IMG/VR virus record: IMGVR_UViG_3300017700_000830
Span: 1-39,564 of that record
Reading direction: 5' to 3' (one strand)
DNA length: 39,564 nt
Source of the DNA: a virus
Taxonomy: Duplodnaviria; Caudoviricetes
Positions 18,093 to 25,862 of the stretch are shown one piece after another. How positions within the stretch are numbered: the first letter of the stretch is position 1; every line of letters starts with the position of its first letter. The notes under the pieces were generated by a model, which worked only from the letters and a program-made list of their open reading frames with translations, was not told the DNA's origin and did no database searches. The translations under genes and the position numbers were made by a program.

Positions 18093-19124
18093 ATGAAGAA
18101 GACTTTTTATTCGCTCATCGCAGCCGCCGTGCTGTTGGCTTCGGCCGGAGCGTTCGCAACCCCACAGAACTCGAATCCCTGTGGCAACAACGGCAACAAC
18201 TGCAACGTCGGTGGTTCGGGTGGCAACGGCGGAAACGGTGGTAACGGCGGCGCCGGTGGCCTGGGCGGTCAGGGCGGATCCGGCGGCACGGGTTACGGTG
18301 GCAGTGCCACAGCAGGTGCTGCAGCAGCCGCAACGGCCAACGCTTCCAACCGCAACGACATCCGCAACACGAACGCCCAGGGCCAGATGCAAGGCCAGGC
18401 TCAGGGTCAGCAGCAGCAAATCCGCAACTCCGGCAACAGCACCAACGACAACCGTTCCTCGGCCACCGGTGGTTCCGTCCTGGGCAGCGGCAACAGCACT
18501 GCAACTGGCGGCTCGGTCCGTGACAGCGGCAACTCTGCCAGCGTCAGCGGTTCCTTCTCCGGCGGCAACACGCAGACCAATGCAGGCAACAACTCTTCCA
18601 ACGCCGCCTCGGGCAACAGCACTTCGGTGGCTGTCGCCGGCGATGTCTATGAAGCTGCCCGCATCCCTGTCAGCACGGCCTACGCCCCCAGCATCTCGCC
18701 AACGGCAGTCTGCGCACTGAGCATGTCCGGTGGTGCACAGGGTTCGATGTTCGGCTTCTCGCTGGGCGGTTCCTACATCGACAAGAACTGCGAACACCTG
18801 GAACAGGTACGCCGTGCCAACGAGATCGGTCAGAAGGAAGTTGCTGCTGAAATGATGATGGACATCCCTGCATACGCCAAGGCTGCCCAACGCATCGCTG
18901 ACCGCAAGGCTGGCAAGGTCAGCGCTGCCCCAGCAGCCCCAGTCGCCGCCGCCCCTGTGGTTTCCCCTGGTGCTCAGACAGCGCGCCTCCTGGGCATCCC
19001 TGCTGCTCCCGTAGCCCAGGCCGCGACCGGCTCGGACTACGACCAACGTGCCTACGCCGCCAATCAGCGCGGTGAAAGCATCGACCCCATCGTTCGCAAG
19101 AACCTGGGCCTGCCTCCCCTGTAA
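18093..19124 (+). CDS. Secreted Gly/Asn/Ser-rich low-complexity protein
   Basis: Sec signal MKKTFYSLIAAAVLLASAGAFA; SGNS/ATGGSV repeats; AGGAG RBS; strongly biased codons. Confidence 0.85.
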   Translation: MKKTFYSLIAAAVLLASAGAFATPQNSNPCGNNGNNCNVGGSGGNGGNGGNGGAGGLGGQGGSGGTGYGGSATAGAAAAATANASNRNDIRNTNAQGQMQGQAQGQQQQIRNSGNSTNDNRSSATGGSVLGSGNSTATGGSVRDSGNSASVSGSFSGGNTQTNAGNNSSNAASGNSTSVAVAGDVYEAARIPVSTAYAPSISPTAVCALSMSGGAQGSMFGFSLGGSYIDKNCEHLEQVRRANEIGQKEVAAEMMMDIPAYAKAAQRIADRKAGKVSAAPAAPVAAAPVVSPGAQTARLLGIPAAPVAQAATGSDYDQRAYAANQRGESIDPIVRKNLGLPPL

Positions 19125-19153
19125 TCAGCGCAACCCGCTGAGAGCACAGCCTG

Positions 19154-19173
19154 AAGCCCCCACAAGGGGCTTT
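19154..19173 (+). terminator. Probable terminator hairpin
   Basis: AAGCCCC-CACAA-GGGGCTT with short T tail. Confidence 0.55.
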
Positions 19174-19200
19174 GGCATGTGTTTGTAACAGTTCAAGAAT

Positions 19201-19243
19201 TCTCACGGTTTGATCAAGATCTTGTTAAACTAGGTCTATCAAC
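19201..19243 (+). promoter_or_regulatory. Repeated promoter/operator, copy 1
   Basis: TCTCACGGTTTGATCAAGATCTTGTTAAACT...TATCAAC; extended -10 TGtTAAACT. Confidence 0.85.
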
Positions 19244-19264
19244 TTACCAACCGGAGAAACTGAA

Positions 19265-19480
19265 ATGACCAAACTGATCCAAATCATTCCAAGCAAAACC
19301 TACGCCACTCCCGACAACGCAATTAAAGCCGTCGAAAAGAAATTCCCGTCGACAACCCCTGAATACAGCCAACTTCGCTACATCATGCAAACTCACACCG
19401 ATGGCCGGTTCTATCCCCTGTTCATCGGGAACCAATCCATTCAGGCCGGCGTTCATTTCCACTTCAACTGCGTCAACTAA
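19265..19480 (+). CDS. Hypothetical (putative early) protein
   Basis: First ORF after promoter copy 1; GGAG RBS. Confidence 0.8.
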   Translation: MTKLIQIIPSKTYATPDNAIKAVEKKFPSTTPEYSQLRYIMQTHTDGRFYPLFIGNQSIQAGVHFHFNCVN

Positions 19481-19491
19481 GGAGCAACAAA

Positions 19492-19656
19492 ATGGCTGAA
19501 GAAAAAATCATCAACCGGGTCAAGAAAATGATGGCCTTGGCCAACGACCCGGCCGCTGACCGATCCAGCGACAAATTCAAATACGATGCCTACAGTGAGG
19601 GTCGAACCTTCAGCAGCTCTGTCAACCTGGCAGCTACCAAGAAACTGGGGAAATAA
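19492..19656 (+). CDS. 54-aa ORF resembling an internally deleted DUF2786 protein
   Basis: Read manually: MAEEKIINRVKKMMALANDPAA joined to ...DAYSEGRTFSSSVNL; AAGGAG RBS. Confidence 0.6.
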   Translation: MAEEKIINRVKKMMALANDPAADRSSDKFKYDAYSEGRTFSSSVNLAATKKLGK

Positions 19657-19657
19657 C

Positions 19658-19780
19658 ATGGGTGATTTCTTATTTCAATGGAATCAGGCCTGGGGCGGTT
19701 GGCCACTATTTTTGGGTCTGACACTGGGTGAATTCATTGTGGGGGTGGCCGTTCTTTATTTCTACACCAAGGATGAATAA
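19658..19780 (+). CDS. Small membrane protein (40 aa)
   Basis: MGDFLFQWNQAWGGWPLFLGLTLGEFIVGVAVLYFY; packs between neighbours with 1-nt gaps. Confidence 0.6.
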   Translation: MGDFLFQWNQAWGGWPLFLGLTLGEFIVGVAVLYFYTKDE

Positions 19781-19781
19781 C

Positions 19782-19997
19782 ATGAACGACGAAATTAGCC
19801 ATGTCTCCCAGTGGCACGAGCTTCAAACCCGGGCCCATAATTTCAACCTGGCCGCGGGGTTTAACGCCGAGGGATTCATGCTCTGGCGGGGTCGGCTGGG
19901 AATCGAACTCATCGGGACCTACCCGACTCTGGCTGACCTGAGGGCCGGCATCAGTGACTGGGTGGCAGAACAACGCCTGAAGGGAGTCAGGATCTAA
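19782..19997 (+). CDS. Hypothetical protein
   Basis: AAGGA RBS, tight packing. Confidence 0.65.
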   Translation: MNDEISHVSQWHELQTRAHNFNLAAGFNAEGFMLWRGRLGIELIGTYPTLADLRAGISDWVAEQRLKGVRI

Positions 19998-20152
19998 TGG
20001 CTGACTTCAGGTGGCAAATGGTTCGCGACAGAATATTCGAAGGGTGGCCTTGGATGTTCTTTCGCTTTCCCCACGTCCCGGCTGTACCCTTCGAGGTGCT
20101 GTCGGATCAATACCCGCGCCAAGCGGCTAATCAGGAGAATTTCAATGGCTGA
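19997..20152 (+). CDS. Hypothetical protein (51 aa)
   Basis: Read manually (MADFRWQMVRDR...); TAATG coupling. Confidence 0.45.
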   Translation: MADFRWQMVRDRIFEGWPWMFFRFPHVPAVPFEVLSDQYPRQAANQENFNG

Positions 20153-20504
20153 GGTTACCGGACCTATCTCATCGCTCCCAGGGGCTTCTTTTGAGCCTCC
20201 TGCTGGCACTGTCTGTGACCATCACCCAGATCAGCCGGCTGTGCGCCGGGTACAGGGCGAGACTGACTCCATGGGGTCCGAGATGCATGACCTGTGCCAG
20301 GCCTGTATCACACGGTTGAGAACAGAGAAGGCCGAACCGGCTCACTGTGACTTCTGCAAGAAGGTTGATATTCTCCGGCCCTACAGGGATTACGAGGAAG
20401 GCATGTGCGGCCCTGTCTATCAAATTTGCTGTGGTTGCAGAACCCGGCGTAACGCACAGGATCAGGCGGACTTGGACGCAGATAGTTTCTGGGACAGCGA
20501 ATGA
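20145..20504 (+). CDS. Cys-rich Zn-finger-like protein
   Basis: CDHH, CQAC, CDFC, CCGC; AGGAG RBS. Confidence 0.75.
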   Translation: MAEVTGPISSLPGASFEPPAGTVCDHHPDQPAVRRVQGETDSMGSEMHDLCQACITRLRTEKAEPAHCDFCKKVDILRPYRDYEEGMCGPVYQICCGCRTRRNAQDQADLDADSFWDSE

Positions 20505-20543
20505 CACGGGAATGAAGATTAGTTACAATTGTTTACAACTCAA

Positions 20544-20597
20544 TCTCACGGTTGCATCAAGATCTTGTTAAACTAGACATATCAACATTTCGTTGAT
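20544..20597 (+). promoter_or_regulatory. Repeated promoter/operator, copy 2
   Basis: TCTCACGGTTGCATCAAGATCTTGTTAAACT, followed by hairpin ATCAAC-ATTTC-GTTGAT. Confidence 0.85.
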
Positions 20598-20625
20598 AAA
20601 CAACTTAACTTACCTGGAGCATCAA

Positions 20626-20838
20626 ATGAACAAAGCTGACACCACCGTCCTGAACTTCCTCACTGGCCTCCGCGCTGAAGCTGTCGCCAAGGAAATCACC
20701 GCCACTGCTGCGGTTCGTCAGGCCATCGCCAAATTCCCTGCAGCCACCCGGGTCGGCGTCAAGCACGCTGCCATCGCAGTGGGCATCAACGCCCGCACCG
20801 CCCGCAACACCTTCGACCGCGTCAAGTCCGGAGAATAA
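20626..20838 (+). CDS. Small HTH-like protein
   Basis: [23 protein letters not shown]; GGAG RBS. Confidence 0.65.
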   Translation: MNKADTTVLNFLTGLRAEAVAKEITATAAVRQAIAKFPAATRVGVKHAAIAVGINARTARNTFDRVKSGE

Positions 20839-20843
20839 GCCAC

Positions 20844-21485
20844 ATGGCCACCAAGAAAATTAAGCTGGACTTCACACCCGTGAAGCCAGCTCCTAAAACC
20901 GGGAAGATCAAGCTGGACTTCCGTCCACTGGTCTTCATGCGGGACAGGACTCATTCCTACCTGTGGCTTCGTGATGGCCGGTCTTATGGTTATTTTCTGA
21001 CCATGGATTCCGGCACCATCGAAGTAGTCAAGCTGGACATCGAAACGATCTATCAGCGGGACGACAAAAACAAGATCATTGGTGAAACCAAGGTCTATCG
21101 GGTTTACGAGACCAAAGAAAAATTCTATGACCTCGAGCCCCACAACTATGACTTCAGGAAAGCCCTGGAGAAATACCACACCTCATTTATGGGCCGGTCC
21201 AACAAGGCGGAACAGGAGATGCGAATCCTGCTGGGACTGGAGCCCCTGGCGACCCTGGCAGACGATGGGGACATCAGCCCCAAGCCCCGTGCTGAACGCA
21301 CGCCTAAAGGCGAATCCAAGGCTCCTGCGGGGTATTCCCTGGCCACCCTGTGTGCCGAACTGAAGATGGATCCATCCGAAGCTCGCAAGATCCTCAGGGG
21401 CAAGAAGATCGAGAAGCCCGGGGGCAAGTGGGAATGGGCCAACGCTGAGGCCGCAGCTCACATCCGGACTGCACTGGGAGGCTGA
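20844..21485 (+). CDS. Hypothetical protein with C-terminal HTH-like domain
   Basis: SLATLCAELKMDPSEARKILR..KP..W.W; N-terminal KIKLDF.P twice. Confidence 0.75.
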   Translation: MATKKIKLDFTPVKPAPKTGKIKLDFRPLVFMRDRTHSYLWLRDGRSYGYFLTMDSGTIEVVKLDIETIYQRDDKNKIIGETKVYRVYETKEKFYDLEPHNYDFRKALEKYHTSFMGRSNKAEQEMRILLGLEPLATLADDGDISPKPRAERTPKGESKAPAGYSLATLCAELKMDPSEARKILRGKKIEKPGGKWEWANAEAAAHIRTALGG

Positions 21486-21486
21486 C

Positions 21487-21705
21487 ATGGTAGCCCGCCG
21501 CAAAATCCCACAGTTCACCAATCAGGCGGGCCAGCCGATCGAAGAAACCCGGCTCTTCCAGATGTACTGGTCGGAACGGGAGTCCGAGGCCGACGTTCAG
21601 CAGGCCATTGCCCTGATCCTCGGTCACCTGCAATTGAAGATTGTTCGAACCAACGCAACGAAGCATGGTAATACCGAGATGCGATTGCTTCCTGATCCCG
21701 ACTAG
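21487..21705 (+). CDS. Hypothetical protein
   Basis: GGAGG RBS, tight packing. Confidence 0.7.
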   Translation: MVARRKIPQFTNQAGQPIEETRLFQMYWSERESEADVQQAIALILGHLQLKIVRTNATKHGNTEMRLLPDPD

Positions 21706-21714
21706 GAGAATGAA

Positions 21715-21828
21715 ATGGTATTCCGAGACGCTGTGTGGTTTTACCTGGGGTGTCTCTGGGCCAGCCTGTTCTTCTCATTTCTCAACTACCATGGAGTCAT
21801 AGTATGGCAACTGAAATTATTCAACTGA
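21715..21828 (+). CDS. Small membrane protein (37 aa)
   Basis: Read manually (MVFRDAVWFYLGCLWASLFFSFL...); AGGAG RBS. Confidence 0.5.
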   Translation: MVFRDAVWFYLGCLWASLFFSFLNYHGVIVWQLKLFN

Positions 21829-22028
21829 AAGGCGCTGTCACCCGCCTGATCAAAGCCGAGATCGCGGCATCCTGGAAAGGCGGTGGGGATCCTGCGGACA
21901 TCCCCAGGATCGAACAAGAACTGAACAACGCCAGAACCAACTACAACTCCAAGATGGAACGGCTAGAGCGAGCACACAGTGCCGCCCTGTCTGGCCATGC
22001 TCCTGACTTCAGGGGGCTCGGATGCTGA
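21804..22028 (+). CDS. Hypothetical helical protein
   Basis: GGAG RBS before ATG 21804. Confidence 0.65.
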   Translation: MATEIIQLKGAVTRLIKAEIAASWKGGGDPADIPRIEQELNNARTNYNSKMERLERAHSAALSGHAPDFRGLGC

Positions 22029-22189
22029 TCAAGTGCCTTCTGGTCTCGTTGACCATGGCGACGGCCAAACTGCTGTTTAACCACAGCTACTCGTGGTGGG
22101 CCTGCACGGTTCCGCTGTTCTTCTACCTGATCATCTTCTGCATCGCCCTGTGGATCGGGCTCACCAAGGACCTGGACGGAAACCGATGA
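22022..22189 (+). CDS. Small two-TM membrane protein (55 aa)
   Basis: Read manually (MLIKCLLVSLTM...SWWACTVPLFFYLIIFCIALWIGL); ATGA coupling to helicase. Confidence 0.65.
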   Translation: MLIKCLLVSLTMATAKLLFNHSYSWWACTVPLFFYLIIFCIALWIGLTKDLDGNR

Positions 22190-23655
22190 TCAGACGCAAG
22201 CCCAAGTCCCTGTTGGCCAGGTATCAGGCCAGGTACGGGATCAAACAGCCCCTCCGGGGGTACCAACTCAGGGCAGCAAAAGTAGGAGTCGACAACGACT
22301 CCTTTGCCTTGTTGATGGACCCAAGACTAGGGAAGACCCGGATAGACATTGCGGTGTCGGGGTACAGGTTCCTACAGGGGCAGATTTCCAAGTGGGTTAT
22401 CATCTGCCCGTCGATCGCCAAGGATGTGTGGGCGGTAGAACTGGCTGATACCCTGAACATCCCATATGAGGTTGAAATCGTCGAAGGTAAAGCCCAGGAG
22501 CGCCGGGTTCTGCTGAAGGGATGGAAGCCTACCCCGGGAAAACTGTCCATCATGATTATTAACCATGAGGCCACCTGGAGACTCAAGAAGATTCTGTATA
22601 AGACCAACCCACAGAAGGTGACCGTGGATGAGTCTCAGAAAATCAAGAATCATGCGGCCAAGCAGTCTAAGACCATTCACATCCTGGGCCGACGAGCTAC
22701 CTATCGCACGATCCTGACAGGGACCTTTCTCTCGAAACCCACCGACGCCTTTTCCCAGTACAAGTTCTTGGATCCTGAGATATTCGGCACAGTATGGAAA
22801 CGCAGCCGGTTCAAGCGCAGTGCACCCGACGGGTTCCTGGACAGGTATGTCGACAAGTACGGGTTCGGAGGCCATAAGCCAGAAACCTTCAAGAACCTGG
22901 ATGAACTGCAGGAGAAGATTTCGTCTGTTGCTTTCCAGCTGACCCGAGCCGAAGCTGGCGGGTTCCCTGAGGAGCAGTATCAGACCATCCACTTCGAGTT
23001 GACCAACCCCGCCCTGAAGCACTACAACGAAATGATGAACCATCTGAAGACGATGGTCAAGCAGGCCGGACGGAACGAGGAAGTGATAGCGGAGATTGTT
23101 CTTACACAGGTTCTGAGGCTTCAACAGATCACGGGGGGCTTCCTGCCCGTCCGGAACCCTGACGACGACCTACAGACGAACGTAGCCCTCGGAGACGACC
23201 GTATTAGAGCCCTCAGGGGAATCGTCGATGAATACCATGTCACGGATCCGCTGGTAGTGTTCTGTCGGTTCAGGTATGAGCTGGCTGCAATTCTTGCTCA
23301 GATGAAAAAGATGGGCCGCTCTGCGAACTTTATCGCGGGCGGAATGAAGCCACAGGCTCGGGACACCGCGAAATGGGATTTCCAGAAAGGAAAGATCGAC
23401 ACCTGTGTGGTTCAGATCCGAGCCGGGGGGATCGCCATTGACCTAAGCCGGGCTGATACTGGAATTTTTTATTCAACCACCTCCAGCCTGATCGACTATG
23501 AACAGGCCAAGGCTCGAATCATCGCCAGAACTGGTGGGAAGGTTTCTCTCCTGTCATTGGCGGCCAAGGGAACCGTAGATGACGACCAGCTTGAGTCCCT
23601 GCAGGGTAAACAGGATTTGGCATCCCTGATCCTGAGACGAGTAGCTAATTTGTAA
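22186..23655 (+). CDS. SNF2-like SF2 DNA helicase/ATPase
   Basis: YQ, MDPRLGKT, VDESQ.IKN, LTGT, LRLQQI, VFC.F, QA.ARI.R; start reassigned to ATG 22186. Confidence 0.9.
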   Translation: MIRRKPKSLLARYQARYGIKQPLRGYQLRAAKVGVDNDSFALLMDPRLGKTRIDIAVSGYRFLQGQISKWVIICPSIAKDVWAVELADTLNIPYEVEIVEGKAQERRVLLKGWKPTPGKLSIMIINHEATWRLKKILYKTNPQKVTVDESQKIKNHAAKQSKTIHILGRRATYRTILTGTFLSKPTDAFSQYKFLDPEIFGTVWKRSRFKRSAPDGFLDRYVDKYGFGGHKPETFKNLDELQEKISSVAFQLTRAEAGGFPEEQYQTIHFELTNPALKHYNEMMNHLKTMVKQAGRNEEVIAEIVLTQVLRLQQITGGFLPVRNPDDDLQTNVALGDDRIRALRGIVDEYHVTDPLVVFCRFRYELAAILAQMKKMGRSANFIAGGMKPQARDTAKWDFQKGKIDTCVVQIRAGGIAIDLSRADTGIFYSTTSSLIDYEQAKARIIARTGGKVSLLSLAAKGTVDDDQLESLQGKQDLASLILRRVANL

Positions 23656-23668
23656 CAGTCAAGATGTT

Positions 23669-23711
23669 TCTCACGGTTGAATCAAGATCTCGATATATTT
23701 GACTTATCGAC
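23669..23711 (+). promoter_or_regulatory. Repeated promoter/operator, copy 3
   Basis: TCTCACGGTTGAATCAAGATCTCGATATATT. Confidence 0.85.
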
Positions 23712-23733
23712 TTACCCAACTGGAGAAACACAA

Positions 23734-23925
23734 ATGACCCTGACAGCAGCACAAACCTACGACAGCCGGTTCAACAACATTCAGGCTGAAATCGCAGTCC
23801 TCCAGAAAAAACTGGAAGCACACAATCGCAAACAGGCGATGGACCAAAAGAACTGGGGTCACGCTGGTGACCTGGCCCACGTTGAATCCCTGATGAACCA
23901 AATCAACTCTTTCCTGGGGAACTGA
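23734..23925 (+). CDS. Hypothetical protein (NWGHxGDL motif)
   Basis: GGAG RBS; first gene after promoter copy 3. Confidence 0.78.
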   Translation: MTLTAAQTYDSRFNNIQAEIAVLQKKLEAHNRKQAMDQKNWGHAGDLAHVESLMNQINSFLGN

Positions 23926-23926
23926 A

Positions 23927-24247
23927 ATGAAAGACCCGATTAAAACCGAACTGACCCTGACGGCTGACCAAGCACGTCGCCGGATTAAACGTCAGCCTGC
24001 CGGAACCCACTTCGCTGTTCACCTCAGGTCTGACGCCCCGATCGAAGGTGACCCTGGTAAGGTCTTCCCTGACGGCTGCAGCTGCTCCCTGGTGATTTCC
24101 AAGAAGCAAGCCCTGAAGCTACCGGCACAGATGCTGCATAAGGTTCTGGAAGACCGCGGTGGTCGGCTCCGGGTTCAGATCCTGGAATGGCCCGCTGATG
24201 ATGTCATCAGGGACAAGAATTCTCGCTGGGTTTACATCGGGGGATGA
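23927..24247 (+). CDS. Hypothetical protein
   Basis: Tightly packed ORF. Confidence 0.7.
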   Translation: MKDPIKTELTLTADQARRRIKRQPAGTHFAVHLRSDAPIEGDPGKVFPDGCSCSLVISKKQALKLPAQMLHKVLEDRGGRLRVQILEWPADDVIRDKNSRWVYIGG

Positions 24248-24263
24248 AACTGTTACAAGTTAA

Positions 24264-24306
24264 AGTCACGGTTTCATCAAGATCTTGTTAAACTAAATCT
24301 ATCAAC
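24264..24306 (+). promoter_or_regulatory. Repeated promoter/operator, copy 4
   Basis: AGTCACGGTTTCATCAAGATCTTGTTAAACT...TATCAAC. Confidence 0.85.
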
Positions 24307-24321
24307 CAACCGGAGCACAAA

Positions 24322-24585
24322 ATGGCACTCAACCTCATCCTTCAAGTTAACACCGACGAAGATACGATGGAAGTTTTTTCCAAGCCTGTCGGCCACACCA
24401 CCACAGACGGCATTGAAATCGTTCAGGACATCGCCAAGACCATGGGACTGACCGAGGTGGGACTGACCCGGACTCCCGGCAATGAAGAATCAGTCGGCGA
24501 CTATACCGCCCGCCTGATCGGCAACCATCCCGACGGCTACTCGGTAGTCCTGTACGTTCAGGATCTGCAAAACCTGGACTCTTGA
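24322..24585 (+). CDS. Hypothetical acidic protein
   Basis: Single gene between promoter copies 4 and 5; GGAG RBS. Confidence 0.78.
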   Translation: MALNLILQVNTDEDTMEVFSKPVGHTTTDGIEIVQDIAKTMGLTEVGLTRTPGNEESVGDYTARLIGNHPDGYSVVLYVQDLQNLDS

Positions 24586-24612
24586 AAACCGTTACAAGTT
24601 TCTTCAAGACAA

Positions 24613-24655
24613 TCTCACGGTTGAATCAAGATCTTGGTATATTTGACTTATCAAC
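24613..24655 (+). promoter_or_regulatory. Repeated promoter/operator, copy 5
   Basis: TCTCACGGTTGAATCAAGATCTTGGTATATT...TATCAAC. Confidence 0.85.
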
Positions 24656-24678
24656 TTTATTCAACCGGAGAAATTAAA

Positions 24679-24888
24679 ATGGCTTCATTCAAAAAAATCC
24701 TGGCAGCAATCGATACCCTGGAAGCTCAGCTTCTGGAAAAAGGAATCAACGTTCTGGTCTGCATGGTGGCTGACAGGATCGAAGCTACTCTGATCGACGA
24801 CAGCGGCGTCAAAGAAACCTACACCTGCTTCCCTGCTGTCAGCCTGAAACTGTTCACCGCCCCCTCCGGCAAAACCATCACCATCTAA
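24679..24888 (+). CDS. Hypothetical protein
   Basis: GGAG RBS before ATG 24679. Confidence 0.75.
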   Translation: MASFKKILAAIDTLEAQLLEKGINVLVCMVADRIEATLIDDSGVKETYTCFPAVSLKLFTAPSGKTITI

Positions 24889-24889
24889 C

Positions 24890-25201
24890 ATGAAAACCAA
24901 ATACACCCGGGCTGATAAAGCCCCCACTTGGACCTTCAGGGTTCTGAAAGCTCTTCGGGCCGCCGACGATTTTCAAAGTGTCGCACAGATCAGGGAGGCC
25001 ACAGGAGGCAGCAGCAATCAAATCACTGCAGCCCTGTGGCATTTGAAAAACAAAGCCTCAGCGGTGGATTCCGTCGAATCTGGAGGCAGTCTCTGGTGGT
25101 TCGTCACTGGAGAGGACAAACGCCCTGTCACTCGGGACGAGCGTGCCGTAGAGCCCAAAGGCAATCGAGCCCGTAGGGTCAAAACCTCAAAAGGAGCTTA
25201 A
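24890..25201 (+). CDS. Winged-HTH-like DNA-binding protein
   Basis: VLKALR..DDFQSVAQIREATG.S.NQITAALWHL followed by beta wing. Confidence 0.65.
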   Translation: MKTKYTRADKAPTWTFRVLKALRAADDFQSVAQIREATGGSSNQITAALWHLKNKASAVDSVESGGSLWWFVTGEDKRPVTRDERAVEPKGNRARRVKTSKGA

Positions 25202-25203
25202 GT

Positions 25204-25521
25204 ATGAAATATGTTGTTCTGGCAGTCACCGACCACGGGAGGTCTGGAGAGTCTGTTCGTCATGTGCCAATCATCTTTCCTGACCTGTTGGTTCACAGTG
25301 AGGTGTCTTCAGCCATAGCCCGCACGCTTCGGACGGATGCCTGGGAGAATGGAATTCGTCGGGAGGTCAAGCCCCTGTCCGCCGGATTTTTGAGCAGTAC
25401 GGTTATCTCGGCCGGCAAACCGTTCTGTCACGGTAAGAGTGAATCCCTGAACCTGCCCTCTCGGCCTGTTGAGGATTCCGCTCTGATTTCAACCTATGAC
25501 TACCTTCACGGTATTCAGTAA
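25204..25521 (+). CDS. Hypothetical protein
   Basis: AGGAG RBS; PIIFP..LVH, SAGF, GKSESL.L.SR.ED. Confidence 0.75.
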   Translation: MKYVVLAVTDHGRSGESVRHVPIIFPDLLVHSEVSSAIARTLRTDAWENGIRREVKPLSAGFLSSTVISAGKPFCHGKSESLNLPSRPVEDSALISTYDYLHGIQ

Positions 25522-25534
25522 CCAGGAGAACACC

Positions 25535-25765
25535 TTGTTTGCATTTTTCAACCAGTTCAAGGCCAAGTTAGCCAAGCCCTTCACTGCCCCTACGATCGAC
25601 GAAATCAGGGCGGGTGAACTTCAGAAAACACACATGGAGTTAATGAACGCGAACCACACGGTCATGACCCATATGTTCGTAGCGCACCTGGCCAAAGCGA
25701 AGATCCAGGCGTTACACAGTTGGGAGGAGGTCGAAAAATCACTAGGAGAAAAAAATGCGCATTAA
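25535..25765 (+). CDS. Hypothetical protein
   Basis: TTG start 6 nt after AGGAG. Confidence 0.6.
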   Translation: MFAFFNQFKAKLAKPFTAPTIDEIRAGELQKTHMELMNANHTVMTHMFVAHLAKAKIQALHSWEEVEKSLGEKNAH

Positions 25766-25766
25766 G

Positions 25767-25795
25767 TCCACGGATGATGAAAACACGGATATAAT
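25767..25795 (+). promoter_or_regulatory. Putative sigma70-type promoter
   Basis: TCCACG-N17-TATAAT, sharing the CACG -35-position element with the repeated promoters. Confidence 0.55.
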
Positions 25796-25862
25796 GGACG
25801 CTTCCGAGGCCTTAGATCTGGCCAACGAAAGAAGTCCATCAACCTTTTTATTGGAGAACCTT

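Noticed and set aside
18069-19046. 325-aa antisense ORF
   Set aside because: Shadow of the codon-biased low-complexity gene on the plus strand; no recognisable motifs.
22372-23124. 250-aa antisense ORF (also 27306-27956 and 9195-9812)
   Set aside because: Fully opposite well-supported genes; no motifs.
19201-24655. Repeats as a CRISPR array or att sites
   Set aside because: Spacing is irregular (hundreds to thousands of nt), whole genes lie between copies, and each copy has -10 and RBS geometry.
25755-25862. Longer N-terminus for the histone-like gene
   Set aside because: Region holds a TATAAT promoter and the GGAG RBS before ATG 25863; an upstream start cannot be fully excluded.
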